From positions 89,647-153,646 of the forward strand of contig DASYHQ010000050.1 of the NCBI GenBank assembly GCA_035998445.1: DNA of 64,000 bases. The letters are read 5' to 3'. Below are positions 38,226 through 48,419 of this stretch, piece by piece. The notes under the pieces are model-generated. The model had not been told where the DNA came from, ran no database searches, and saw nothing but the letters and a program-made list of their open reading frames with translations. A program made the position numbers and the translations under genes. This DNA is from Tepidisphaeraceae bacterium (GTDB taxonomy: Bacteria > Planctomycetota > Phycisphaerae > Tepidisphaerales > Tepidisphaeraceae). The first letter of the stretch is position 1. Each line of letters starts with the position of its first letter.

Positions 38226-40934
38226 ATGAACAAGCGCAGCATCGTTTCGATGGCGACGGCGGTGGTGTCGGTGGTGGGTTCGGTTGCGGGCATCGCGCGC
38301 GGGCAGGACCCGATGGTGATGTCGCCGATGTTTCCGTTCGTGTTGCCGTGGGACGACGTCAGCGAGAACGTGACCAACGTCAGCAGTTGGCTCGACGCGC
38401 CGGCGGGCAAGCACGGGTTCATCGCCGCGCGCGGGCCGCACCTGTACGCGGGCGAACAGCGGTTCCGCTTCTTCGGCGTGAACATGGCCTTCGGGGCGAA
38501 CTTCCCGCAGAAGGACGACGCCGACAAGGTGGCCGCCCGCATGGCGCGGTTCGGCATCAACTGCGTGCGCTTCCACCATATGGACATGTTCGCGGCGCCA
38601 GCGGGCATTATGACGGCCGACATGAAGGGGCTGGACGCGCAGCAGCTGGACAAGCTGGACTTCTTCGTCGCGGCGCTGAAGCAGCACGGCATCTACAGCA
38701 ACATCAATCTGCACGTGAGCCGCGTCTACCCGGACATGCCCGGGTGGGAGAACGCGCCGGACTTCCATAAAGGCGTGGACCTGTTCTATCCGCCGATGAT
38801 CGAGGCGCAGCGCGACTTCGCGCGGCAGCTGCTGTCGCACGTGAACCCGTACACGGAGACCAGTTACGCGGACGAGCCGGCGGTGGCGATCGTGGAGATC
38901 AACAACGAGAACGGGCTGCTGCAGCAATGGTGGGGAGGCGCGCTCGACGCGATGCCCGAGCCGATCGAGCGCGAGCTGCACAACCGATGGAACGCCTGGC
39001 TGAACGGCAGGTACGCCAGCCTCGACGACGTGCGCAAGCAGTGGCAGGAAGGCGCCGAGCCACTCGGCGAGCCGATGCTGCGCAACAGCGACTTCGCCCA
39101 AGGCATGGACGGCTGGACGCTGGAGCGCCACGGTGAGGCTGACGCGAATGCGACGATCGACGAGAACGCGGGCAACGGCAACGGCGGGCGCGCGATTCGC
39201 ATTACCGTGGACAAGCCCAGCAGCGAGTCGTGGCACGTGCAGCTGGTGCAGCCGGGCCTAAGCCTGAGCAAGGGGAAGGCGTACACGCTATCGATGCGCA
39301 TGAAGGCGAGCGGCGACTTGAAGAACACGAACGTCGCGATGGCGCAGTCCGGCAGCCCATGGAACGTGCTGGCGAGCAGCAGCGTGCCGCTGACCGACCA
39401 GTGGAAGGACGTAACGCTCGTGCTGCGCGCCAGCGCCGATGAGCCCAACGCCCGCCTGATGATCGGCGGGCTGGCAGCGGCCAAAGGCGAGGTGTCGATC
39501 GCCAACCTTTCGCTGCGCCCCGGTGGGCGCGGCGGGCTGAAGGACGATGCGAAGCGCGGCGACATCCCGATCGTCACCAGGGCCCACTACGGCGCGCTGA
39601 CCGAGTCGGCGCAGCGCGACTGGATCACGTTTCTGTACGAGACCGAGGAAACGTACTGGACCGAGATGAGCGCGTTCCTGAAGAATGATCTTGGCGTAAA
39701 GTCGCTGGTGGTCGGCAGCGCGACCGGCTTCAGCCCGTCATCCATTCAAGCTAAGCTGGACGTGGTGGACGTGCACGGCTACTGGCAGCACCCGCACTTC
39801 CCCAACAAGCCGTGGGACCAGGCGGATTGGGTGGTGAACAACCTGTCGATGGCGGGCGCCGAGGACGGAGGGCAGATCCCCGGCATGGCGCTGCGCCGCG
39901 TGGCGGGCAGGCCCTACATCTGCACCGAGTACAACGCCGCGTCGCCGAACACGCATTCGTCGGAGACGTTCCTGCTGCTGTCGGCCTACGCGGCCATGCA
40001 GGACTGGGACGGCATCTTCGCCTTCGCCTATTCGCACCGCACCGACGACTGGGCGGCGGGCAAGATCCCCAACTTCTTCGACATCGACCAACACCCCACC
40101 AAGCTCGTCACCCTGCCCGCAGCGGCGGCGATGTTCCTGCGCGGCGACGTGACGGTGCCGGACGCGCGAGCGGTGGTGAACGTGTCGCGCGAGGAGGCGA
40201 TCACGCAGAGCATGAACTCTGGCCCCTGGTGGCACGCGGGCGCGTTGGGCATCGACCCGCTGACGGCACTGGTGGCGCCTGTGGCCATCGACACCGGCGA
40301 CGCCACCCCGACGACGCAACCGGCGGCAACGACACCGGCGACCGCGGCAGCCGAGGCGACAACGGCGGCGGCCAATGCGCCGGTGAAGATTGATCCCCCC
40401 ACCGCCGGGCAGCCGATCGTCAGCCGCGGTGGTGAGTTGACATGGGACGCGCAGCGCAAATACGTCACGATCAACACGCCGCGCAGCAAGGCGTTCATCG
40501 GGGAGATTCCGGCCGACCAACCGATCGCGCTGGGCACGGTGAAGCTGACGCTCAGTCCGAACCTGCAGAACTGGGCGGCGGTGTCGATGACGGCGATCGA
40601 CGGGCCTGACTTTCAGTCGCCGGGCCGGTTCCTGATCACCGTCACCGGATCGGCCGAGAACACCCGCATGGGCTGGAAGAACGCCGAGCGCAACACGGTG
40701 GGCCGCGACTGGGGCGAGTCGCCATCGCTGGTGGAGGGCATCGGCGGCACGATCACGTTCGAGAACGTCGACAAGGAAACGTGGGCATGGGTGCTCGACG
40801 AGCGCGGCCAGCGACGCTTGGAGACGACGAAGATCAGCACGCCGACATCCAAGGGGTTCCAGTTCGGCCGCGAGTCGGGCACGATCTGGTATGAGGTGGA
40901 GATCGGCAAGGAATCAGCGTTGGTAGATCGGTAG
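38226..40934 (+). CDS. Secreted glycoside hydrolase family 5 enzyme with CBM-like and C-terminal beta-sandwich domains
   Basis: Signal peptide. GH5 motifs (FRFFGVNM ... RFHHMD, IVEINNENG as the catalytic acid region). An internal CBM-like segment and a Thr/Ala/Pro linker. Confidence 0.75.
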   Translation: MNKRSIVSMATAVVSVVGSVAGIARGQDPMVMSPMFPFVLPWDDVSENVTNVSSWLDAPAGKHGFIAARGPHLYAGEQRFRFFGVNMAFGANFPQKDDADKVAARMARFGINCVRFHHMDMFAAPAGIMTADMKGLDAQQLDKLDFFVAALKQHGIYSNINLHVSRVYPDMPGWENAPDFHKGVDLFYPPMIEAQRDFARQLLSHVNPYTETSYADEPAVAIVEINNENGLLQQWWGGALDAMPEPIERELHNRWNAWLNGRYASLDDVRKQWQEGAEPLGEPMLRNSDFAQGMDGWTLERHGEADANATIDENAGNGNGGRAIRITVDKPSSESWHVQLVQPGLSLSKGKAYTLSMRMKASGDLKNTNVAMAQSGSPWNVLASSSVPLTDQWKDVTLVLRASADEPNARLMIGGLAAAKGEVSIANLSLRPGGRGGLKDDAKRGDIPIVTRAHYGALTESAQRDWITFLYETEETYWTEMSAFLKNDLGVKSLVVGSATGFSPSSIQAKLDVVDVHGYWQHPHFPNKPWDQADWVVNNLSMAGAEDGGQIPGMALRRVAGRPYICTEYNAASPNTHSSETFLLLSAYAAMQDWDGIFAFAYSHRTDDWAAGKIPNFFDIDQHPTKLVTLPAAAAMFLRGDVTVPDARAVVNVSREEAITQSMNSGPWWHAGALGIDPLTALVAPVAIDTGDATPTTQPAATTPATAAAEATTAAANAPVKIDPPTAGQPIVSRGGELTWDAQRKYVTINTPRSKAFIGEIPADQPIALGTVKLTLSPNLQNWAAVSMTAIDGPDFQSPGRFLITVTGSAENTRMGWKNAERNTVGRDWGESPSLVEGIGGTITFENVDKETWAWVLDERGQRRLETTKISTPTSKGFQFGRESGTIWYEVEIGKESALVDR

Positions 40935-41987
40935 CAAGCGGTACGGCACGGTGAGCGTGAGCACCGACATGCTGGTGCTGTAGACGCGGCCGGGTTCCTC
41001 ACCCGTGCGGCTGGCGGGCCAACCGCCGTCGGGCATTTGCTGGGCCAGCAGGCGATCCATCGTGGGTGGCCAGACCGCCTGCCACGTTGCCCCGCCCGCT
41101 TGAAACGCGGCCTGCGCGGCGTAGTAGGTGGCGTAGTACGGGTAGCGGGTGGTCTCGGTGGCGAGGTTGTTGGCTAGGAACTCTGCGGCCGCCGCGGCCT
41201 CGGGGTAGTCGGCCGAATCCAGCAGGCGCAGGTTCAACAGACCCACGCCGGTCATCGCGGTGCTCGGCTCGTGGCCAGCCTGATACGCGAAACCCTTCTT
41301 GTCCTTTCGATAACACCGCAGCACGTACTGAACCGCGCGCGCCACGCGTTCCTTCGGCACTTCGATGCCCGCGTTCTGCGATGCCCGCAGCGCCAACGCG
41401 TTCCAGCCAGACAGCGACAGATCGCTATCGACCGACTGCGGCTCGTAGCGCCAGCCACCGGTGTCGTTGGCCGACTTCTTCACGTCCTGCGCGTCCAGGA
41501 TCACCTTCACCGCCCGCGCGATGGCCGCCAGCATCTTCTGGCGGCGCTCGGGGTCGGGTTCGATGCCGGCCGCCTCGGCCAAGGCCAGCGTGGTGATGCC
41601 GTGACCGTACATCCGGCTGCCATCAACCTTGCCGAAGTACCCGTCCGCCGGCGCGACCGACAGCAGGTAATCGATTGCCGACCGAACCGTCTCCCCGTGC
41701 AGCCCCACGTCGGGAGTGTGCCCCGCCGCCAAAAATGACATGAGCCCCAGCGCCGTCATCGCGACGCGCGGCCCACCACTGTCCAGCGAGCCGTCAGGCT
41801 TCTGCTGAGCGGCCAAGAACGCCAGCCCGCGCGAGACGCCTTCATCCAATCGTGCAGGCAACGGATCGGCCTGCTGGGCGCGCACCGTGACCGGCGCAGC
41901 GAGCAGACAACCAATGACGATCGCCACGATGAACACCGGGAACCAGCCGCGTGAACGCGCCGTCAAGTGAAACAGTCGACGATTCAT
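40914..41987 (-). CDS. Secreted prenyltransferase/squalene-oxidase-repeat protein (terpenoid-cyclase-like alpha/alpha toroid)
   Basis: Signal peptide. Repeated Q/W/G motifs (DGSLDSGG, DTGGWRY, DGGWP) typical of PFTB/SQHop-cyclase repeats. The ATGA overlap with the upstream giant gene gives a 4-nt overlap. Confidence 0.6.
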   Translation of the reverse strand: MNRRLFHLTARSRGWFPVFIVAIVIGCLLAAPVTVRAQQADPLPARLDEGVSRGLAFLAAQQKPDGSLDSGGPRVAMTALGLMSFLAAGHTPDVGLHGETVRSAIDYLLSVAPADGYFGKVDGSRMYGHGITTLALAEAAGIEPDPERRQKMLAAIARAVKVILDAQDVKKSANDTGGWRYEPQSVDSDLSLSGWNALALRASQNAGIEVPKERVARAVQYVLRCYRKDKKGFAYQAGHEPSTAMTGVGLLNLRLLDSADYPEAAAAAEFLANNLATETTRYPYYATYYAAQAAFQAGGATWQAVWPPTMDRLLAQQMPDGGWPASRTGEEPGRVYSTSMSVLTLTVPYRLLPIYQR

Positions 41988-44900
41988 TTCGTCCCCCCAT
42001 CGCCCGCCTTGCCGAGCGTTTCGAAGTACAACCGCACCGGTTCTTCGAACCCAACGGGGTCGGAATCGCGCCGCACCGCCGACGTCTCGGGCTTCGTGCC
42101 GACGCGCATGCGACCCCACTGCCGCAAGTTCGGCACGAGCGACATGATCCGCTCGGCGGCCTCGCCGTCACCAGCGCCGCCATCGGCGTTGACCGGGAAA
42201 AGGTTGAAGACCGACATCATCGACGGCACCGTCGCCATCCGTTCGCCCGCCGCCTGGTGGATCGATCGGTCCCATGCGCGCGTGAGCGCCGCCGACGCCA
42301 CGCGCTGTTGCCGCTCGGCCGCCAACAGGTCGGGTGGTCGCATCTTCAGCGACCGCACGGCCGCGCGCGAAAACCAGCGGGCGGCCACCAACGGGTCGCG
42401 CTCGATCAGCTCATCCTGTGCCGCGAGCAGTTCCGCCTGCACCTGCTCGATCGCCTGGCGCGTCTTGCCAGCCGCACGCTCCAGCTCATTCGCATCGTCC
42501 ACGCCGACCGACTGCGCGTACGCGCGCAGCGCAGGCAGCAGCGCGCGATCAATCGCCTCGACGCCTCGCCGGGTCGGCGGACGGTAATTCGACAGGTCGG
42601 CCGACATGCCTTCGGCCACCTGCGGCCGCACCGGCACAGCGGCGGCGTTCGTACGCGTGACGGCCTCAGCTAGATCGCGATCGGCCTGCGCAATCACGCG
42701 CTGCGCCGCAGGCAACTGATCGGCCGGCGTGGCATCGGCAGACTGCTTTGCCCGATCAAGGCGAACTGCGGCGTCGCGGCGTATGCCATCCGCTCGCGCC
42801 ACCTGTGACAGGGCCTGTGGCATCGCAGCCAACTGCTCCTGCGCGGCCTGGATGGCGGCGATGGCCTCCTCGCGCCAGTCTGGATCGTCGGCGTTGCGCA
42901 GGTCCAGTCGAGTGTCGGCGTGAACCTCGCCGATCGCGTCGGTCAGCGTTTCCTGCTTCGTCGCCAGTTCGCCGGCGCCATTAGGCGGCGCGAGCCTTGT
43001 TTCCTCGGCCAGCGCCTGCTGTTGCGCCGCCAGATGGTCGATCCGCTCCGCCGCGGCCATCGTTCGCGCTGCCCGGGGCAGCGGCATTTCATCGCCGCCG
43101 TTGGCCTCTGGGGCGGCGGACTGCGTTGTCGAACGGGCCAGCGCGCGGTCAATGTGCGCCGCCGTCGCGTAATCGCGTGTGGCAGCGGCGGCGTTCGCTT
43201 CGATGGCGAGCGTCTCGGGCGACGCTTCGATCGATTCCTGTTCAGGTTGAACGCTCACGTCCACCTGTTCCAGCCCAGCCCAGGCAAACATGCGCCGCCG
43301 GCCCTCGTTCGCCACGCGCTGTCGGTCGGCCACCTCGTCGGACGATGGCCGGTCCTTCATCGGGCGGTTGGTCTCGTGATACCGCTGCAGCGCGAGCATC
43401 GACGCGGGATACAATTCGCGCGGCAGTGGATCGGTCGGCCGCGTGGTGGGCGCGACGCGATTCGTCTCGATGCGCGACGCCGCCTCGGCCGCCACGTGCA
43501 CGTCGCGGGCGCGCACGAGGTCCGCATCCGGCCGGATCGATTCCGCCTGCGCGGCCATCGTCAATCGGTCGTCGAACCCCGTACGCTTGTGCGGCTTGGC
43601 GATCTCGACCGCCCAGGCATCGGCGGCCTTCGCAAAGTCGGGCAGTTGCTCCGACTGCATCACCCGATCGGCCGCCTCCACGCGACGCTGCAACTGCTCG
43701 GCGACATCGCCGGCGCCGGGGTTGATCTCCAACTGCTTCAGCGATTGCGCAAAGTCCTCCGACAACCGCTTGATGCCAGCCTTAAGCACTTCGGGATAAT
43801 CCGGAACGGCGGCCCGCGTGGTGGCGGCGGCGACGTTCTCCCGCTCGGCCAGTGCCGCGATCGCCCGCTCGCCGATCGCCAGCGTGGCCAGCATGTCCCG
43901 CAGTTCCCGTGCCCGCTTGACGGATTCGTCGATCTGTGAACGGGCGCCCTCGCGGTCGCTGCGAATGCCGATCAGGCGTTCACTGGCCAACAGCTGTTGC
44001 TGGGCCACGTCCAGCGCAGCGGCGAGCGCGACGGACATCTCGTGTGACCGGCTGCGCAGCGTCGCCCGCAACAGCGACTGCCGCAGCACCGCCGCCGACT
44101 CACCCACGCGCGCCACCGCCCGGTTCGCCTCCGCGACTGCCGACAAGTACGCGCCACCACGCGCCGGCTGTTTGGCCAGCGCCTCGAACGCCTCGGCGGT
44201 CGTCGCCCACGCCTTCAACAATCCCTCGGCCACCGTGCGGGCGGCGCTCAGTTCCACCACCCGCTGGTGCGCGTTCATGTCCATCGACCGTGGCGACACC
44301 AGCGCCGTGACCGGGCTGCTCTCGGCGGTTTGCGACCGGCCGTCGCGTGCCTGAACGGTCACCGCGATCACGTCGCCCACGTTCACGTTCAACGCCGCCA
44401 GATCCAGTGGGTACGTCTGTTCCTGCTGTCGTGGGTCGCCGATCACCTTCAGCCCGATGCGGAGTGACGCCACGCCATTCACCTTCACCAGCGCCGCAAG
44501 TTCGCTGACGCCGTAATCATCGAACGCCTGGTACGACAGCGGCATGAGGTCGCGCGGGCCGGGCCGTGGACCCTCACCGGAGTCAAACACGCGCACCAGT
44601 GGTGGGCGATCGGGCAGGGCGCGGATCGCGTACTTCCCTAACTCGTTCGTTGCGCCCCGCTCGCTCGTGAGCGCAACGCTGTAGCTGGCGTCCTTCAGCA
44701 CCGGTAACGTCACCTGCCGCACGTTTGTCTCTAACGTGCGCGCTAGTTGGAGTTGCTTATCCCCCACCTGCAGGGCCGCCGCCAAAAGGGGTTCGGTCGC
44801 GGCGATGGTTACCGTGGCCTGCGTGCCCGCGGGCGCTTCGATCAGGCCGGTACGATTGCTTACGATCAACGGTGGGCGCTTCGTGTACTCGGGGTAAACG

Positions 44901-45787
44901 TACCGAATGCGGAAGTCGGTGATCAGCGGCCGGCGCAGCACCTGCACGTCGTATGTGGGCGTGACCGCGTCGCCACCGGTGACGAAGTACCGCACGTCGC
45001 TGCTGAGCGTGTCGAACCGATGCACGAAGCCACGCTCGGTCTGCACCATCGCGTGCTGCGACCCCACCTGCCCTCCGGCCGACACCACATGCAGGCGCGG
45101 CACGTCGCTGCCCAAGCGATCGGCCGTCACCAGCACCGACAGCGACTGCCCCTGCTGCACCTGCGCCGCCCCCGGCATCACGTTGAGCCGCGTGGTGGTG
45201 ACCGGTGCGATGTCCGCCAACGGCAACGCAGCACGCGCAGCCAGTTGAGGCAGGTTGAGCCAGCGGATCGGCAGGCAGGCCAGCACGGTGATGCACGCGA
45301 TACCCAGCAGCACCCACGGCCGCGCGATAAGGCGCAACGGCAGCAGTGGGCGTGGGTCGGCGTCCTTCGCCTGCGCGGTTGTCGACTCGACGACCTGCTG
45401 CAGCATCGCCACTGATCCGTGATACGCCTGCGGCCCGAGCAGCCGCGACGTAACGGTCGACAGCCGCTGCTGCCAGCGTGGGTCGCACCGCTCAGCCAGT
45501 TCGCTGGTCGCCTCGTAGTCTGTTCGGCCGCGTGCCCATCGCCACAGGACGGGCAGGAAGACGGTGGCGGCGAACGCGATGTTGACGAGCAACAGCGCCA
45601 ACCTAATGCCGCCGGGCAGGCGCAGCAGGCGATCGACCAGGCACGACGTCAGCCCGAACAGCACGAGGATCGCCAGCGCGCGACCCGTTGCGCGCAGCAG
45701 CGACAGCTTGCGCTGCCGTGCCGCAAGGGCCGTCAGGTAGCCTGCAATCGATGCGGGCAGGAGGTTGTCTGACGCGCGCTTCATCAT
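41984..45787 (-). CDS. Giant (1267 aa) membrane-anchored hypothetical protein: N-terminal TM helices, a central beta-rich region and a ~600-aa Ala/Arg/Glu-rich helical region
   Basis: Hydrophobic segments at aa ~35-75 and ~150-170. The low-complexity A/R/E/Q-rich C-terminal half has no enzymatic motif. Confidence 0.6.
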   Translation of the reverse strand: MMKRASDNLLPASIAGYLTALAARQRKLSLLRATGRALAILVLFGLTSCLVDRLLRLPGGIRLALLLVNIAFAATVFLPVLWRWARGRTDYEATSELAERCDPRWQQRLSTVTSRLLGPQAYHGSVAMLQQVVESTTAQAKDADPRPLLPLRLIARPWVLLGIACITVLACLPIRWLNLPQLAARAALPLADIAPVTTTRLNVMPGAAQVQQGQSLSVLVTADRLGSDVPRLHVVSAGGQVGSQHAMVQTERGFVHRFDTLSSDVRYFVTGGDAVTPTYDVQVLRRPLITDFRIRYVYPEYTKRPPLIVSNRTGLIEAPAGTQATVTIAATEPLLAAALQVGDKQLQLARTLETNVRQVTLPVLKDASYSVALTSERGATNELGKYAIRALPDRPPLVRVFDSGEGPRPGPRDLMPLSYQAFDDYGVSELAALVKVNGVASLRIGLKVIGDPRQQEQTYPLDLAALNVNVGDVIAVTVQARDGRSQTAESSPVTALVSPRSMDMNAHQRVVELSAARTVAEGLLKAWATTAEAFEALAKQPARGGAYLSAVAEANRAVARVGESAAVLRQSLLRATLRSRSHEMSVALAAALDVAQQQLLASERLIGIRSDREGARSQIDESVKRARELRDMLATLAIGERAIAALAERENVAAATTRAAVPDYPEVLKAGIKRLSEDFAQSLKQLEINPGAGDVAEQLQRRVEAADRVMQSEQLPDFAKAADAWAVEIAKPHKRTGFDDRLTMAAQAESIRPDADLVRARDVHVAAEAASRIETNRVAPTTRPTDPLPRELYPASMLALQRYHETNRPMKDRPSSDEVADRQRVANEGRRRMFAWAGLEQVDVSVQPEQESIEASPETLAIEANAAAATRDYATAAHIDRALARSTTQSAAPEANGGDEMPLPRAARTMAAAERIDHLAAQQQALAEETRLAPPNGAGELATKQETLTDAIGEVHADTRLDLRNADDPDWREEAIAAIQAAQEQLAAMPQALSQVARADGIRRDAAVRLDRAKQSADATPADQLPAAQRVIAQADRDLAEAVTRTNAAAVPVRPQVAEGMSADLSNYRPPTRRGVEAIDRALLPALRAYAQSVGVDDANELERAAGKTRQAIEQVQAELLAAQDELIERDPLVAARWFSRAAVRSLKMRPPDLLAAERQQRVASAALTRAWDRSIHQAAGERMATVPSMMSVFNLFPVNADGGAGDGEAAERIMSLVPNLRQWGRMRVGTKPETSAVRRDSDPVGFEEPVRLYFETLGKAGDGGTK

Positions 45788-45836
45788 CCTACGTTACGAC
45801 CTTCGCTTACTTCGTGTTGATGACGCCAACGGCGGG

Positions 45837-48419
45837 TCACGCCAATCCAAGCCGTTTGCGGAGCGCCCACTCGGTGCCAAGGCAAGCCAGCACGAACAGG
45901 AACAACTGCGGGCTGTCCCACAGCGACCACCGAGCCAGACCGTACCGCGCGTCGCCCGCCGCCAGCAGACGCTGCGGTAGATCTTCGAATGACTCCACGG
46001 TTGCATATGCACCGCCGGTCGAGTCGGCCAACTGCTTCAAGAACTCCGGGTCGGACGCAACGTTCAGCATCTCGCGATTGGCGTCCACCTCAACAAACAG
46101 CGGCACGTGTGGCGAATCGGGCCGGTCGATCGATAGATCGTATCGCCCGCTGGCCAAGTTGGTGAGCCGCGCTTCAAAACGGTCATCGCCAGCGTCGGTC
46201 GCGGCCATGACAACGTCGGGCAGTGCTTCTCCATCGCGCGATACTTTCAGGACCATCGACTCCGTGGGCGCGTCGGCATCATCCTGCGGCTGCACGCGTG
46301 CCCGCACAGTCGCGCTTCCCCCAGGCGACAACGTTACGGCGTCCACGTCGATCGCTGCGCCACCACCGCGCGCGGCATAGGGTTCACCCGCGGCATGGCG
46401 GATGAGTTGCAGTAAAAATCGGTCCTGGTCGCGCTCGCCGATTTGTCGCCGCCAACGCCACGTTTCGTTCAGACCGACAAACAGCACCCGGCCGCTGCCG
46501 AGGCGCATCTGCGTCATGACCGGCGATTGCGAGTCCGGCTCGATCAACAACGGCTCGGCGGTCGGCTTGAGCCCCGAGAGCGGCAGCACGCGGAAGAGCT
46601 TGGGCAGCTCTTGCCATCGGCGGGCCGATTCGTCGGCATCATCCGCCAGGCGCAGCGACACGATATCGCGCGCCAGCGGCGCCGGCGCGACGCGCAGCGT
46701 CGGCCGTTCGCCCGCCCAAACGCGCCATGCGTACCGCACGCCCGCGCGCAACGGCAGCAGGCTGGCCGCCTGCGGCTGCTGCGCGTAGCCGTCCAGCACG
46801 CGCTCATCGTTGGCCAAGATGATAACGCTGCCGCCGCGCGTCGAAACCATCTGATTCAGTGCATCCCACTGGGCGCCGTTTAGCGACTCCACACCGATAT
46901 CGCACAGGATGATCGCGTCCTGCGCCAGTATCTCCGCTGGCGACAACGGCAGCTTCACCTCGCGCGCGACGACGATCGCCTCCTTCAGCTGCGCCCACGC
47001 GGCCCGCTGAAGCGCGTTGCGTAGGTACTGAAAATCCCACGTCGGCGAACCGGCGTAAGCAGCGATCCGCAGTTTCCCCGCGAGCGCGCGCATGCGGTGT
47101 GATGCGGTGTTGTTGGTGTCCGTGCGCTCGCCGGGTTGAGGCGGCAACGCGACGACAACATCCAGCACACCCGCGGGCTCGGCCTTGAAGGTGAAATCAA
47201 CGGTCGCGTCACCGTCGGCCGCTGGCGAGACCTGCTTCGTCTGTTCGACGTTCCCAGCCTTCAGTCGCACGTCTATTGGCCCAGCGAACCGGCCGCTGGT
47301 GCGCACGCGTGCCTGCACCGTCACCGTCTCGCCAACGAATGGTCGCAGCGGCGCAGAGACGATCTCTACCGACGCATCCCGCGGTGGCACGGCCGGCGCG
47401 ACGTTAACCGGGAAGACCGGCGCAGCCGTGGCCGCGTTGGGCTCCGCATCGGTCGCCACCTGTCGACCATCGGTCCAAAGCACCACGCCCCGCACCCGGC
47501 CGGGCCCGAAGCGCGCGATGGCGGCCGACACCGCATCACGGCTGTCGCTGCGCGCGGCTGCGGGCTCGACGGACGTGATGGACGCCAGCGTGACGGGCGC
47601 AGCCCCATCGTCGGTGGCGGCGTAGACGAACAGCGGCACGTCGACCGGTAGCGCCGCGGCCACGCGGGCCGCGCCTTCGGCCGCCAACTGATAGCGCGAG
47701 CGCTGCCCGACCAGATCTGCGGCTGCGCGAACGGTGGGATAGGTGCGGTACCGTTGCCCATCACTCCGAGCCGCAGCGTTGGCCATCGCGTCGGCAACGC
47801 GATCAGCGCGGGCGCGCAGCGTAGCGTCGGACGCGTCGCCGTCGCCCATCGCCCGGATGGCGCGCAACACGTCTTCATCCAAGGCCGGCACGTCCGTAGC
47901 GACGAGTTGTCGCCGGGCCTCGTCCACGGCAGCGCGCGCGTCGGCTGTCAGGCGGTCGAGCGATTCCGCATCGCTGCCCGAGGGGTCGGCCAGCCGGGCC
48001 TCCGCCCGCGTGCGCTGCAGCGCATCCAGCGCGGCCGTCAGTGCATCAATTTGTTCCCGGACCCGCACGTGAACGGGGTCGGCCCGCTCGGCGGGCAGGC
48101 GGCCGACGGCGCGGGCGATGGCCACGCGGTCGGCCGGTGTGCGTTCGTCGACGATGCTCATGCTTTGCGACGCGTCGATCACCATCAGCACCGCGCCTCG
48201 GTCCACCTGCGGGTTCGGCGCCGCGAGGTTCGGCTTCAGCACCGATAGCATGAGCAACACGATCGCCGTGATGCGTAGCAGCGGCAGCGCAGCGCGGGCC
48301 GCCCAGTGCGACATGCGCGCCTGCGGTCGGTACGCCCAAACAACGAACGCGATCGCTACGATCAGAAGCACCAGTGTGGCCGGCAGCGCGCTCAGGTTGT
48401 CCCAACTGAAGCGTGCCAT
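45837..48419 (-). CDS. VWA-domain membrane protein (BatB-like), ~860 aa
   Basis: N-terminal TM pair, then the MIDAS motif LMVIDASQSMS, and a C-terminal TM. The start ATG shares 1 nt with the upstream stop (TGATG). Confidence 0.6.
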   Translation of the reverse strand: MARFSWDNLSALPATLVLLIVAIAFVVWAYRPQARMSHWAARAALPLLRITAIVLLMLSVLKPNLAAPNPQVDRGAVLMVIDASQSMSIVDERTPADRVAIARAVGRLPAERADPVHVRVREQIDALTAALDALQRTRAEARLADPSGSDAESLDRLTADARAAVDEARRQLVATDVPALDEDVLRAIRAMGDGDASDATLRARADRVADAMANAAARSDGQRYRTYPTVRAAADLVGQRSRYQLAAEGAARVAAALPVDVPLFVYAATDDGAAPVTLASITSVEPAAARSDSRDAVSAAIARFGPGRVRGVVLWTDGRQVATDAEPNAATAAPVFPVNVAPAVPPRDASVEIVSAPLRPFVGETVTVQARVRTSGRFAGPIDVRLKAGNVEQTKQVSPAADGDATVDFTFKAEPAGVLDVVVALPPQPGERTDTNNTASHRMRALAGKLRIAAYAGSPTWDFQYLRNALQRAAWAQLKEAIVVAREVKLPLSPAEILAQDAIILCDIGVESLNGAQWDALNQMVSTRGGSVIILANDERVLDGYAQQPQAASLLPLRAGVRYAWRVWAGERPTLRVAPAPLARDIVSLRLADDADESARRWQELPKLFRVLPLSGLKPTAEPLLIEPDSQSPVMTQMRLGSGRVLFVGLNETWRWRRQIGERDQDRFLLQLIRHAAGEPYAARGGGAAIDVDAVTLSPGGSATVRARVQPQDDADAPTESMVLKVSRDGEALPDVVMAATDAGDDRFEARLTNLASGRYDLSIDRPDSPHVPLFVEVDANREMLNVASDPEFLKQLADSTGGAYATVESFEDLPQRLLAAGDARYGLARWSLWDSPQLFLFVLACLGTEWALRKRLGLA

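Noticed and set aside
37224-39236. 670-aa minus-strand ORF across the secreted hypothetical and GH5 genes
   Set aside because: His/Arg-rich junk. The plus-strand frames carry signal peptides and GH5 motifs.
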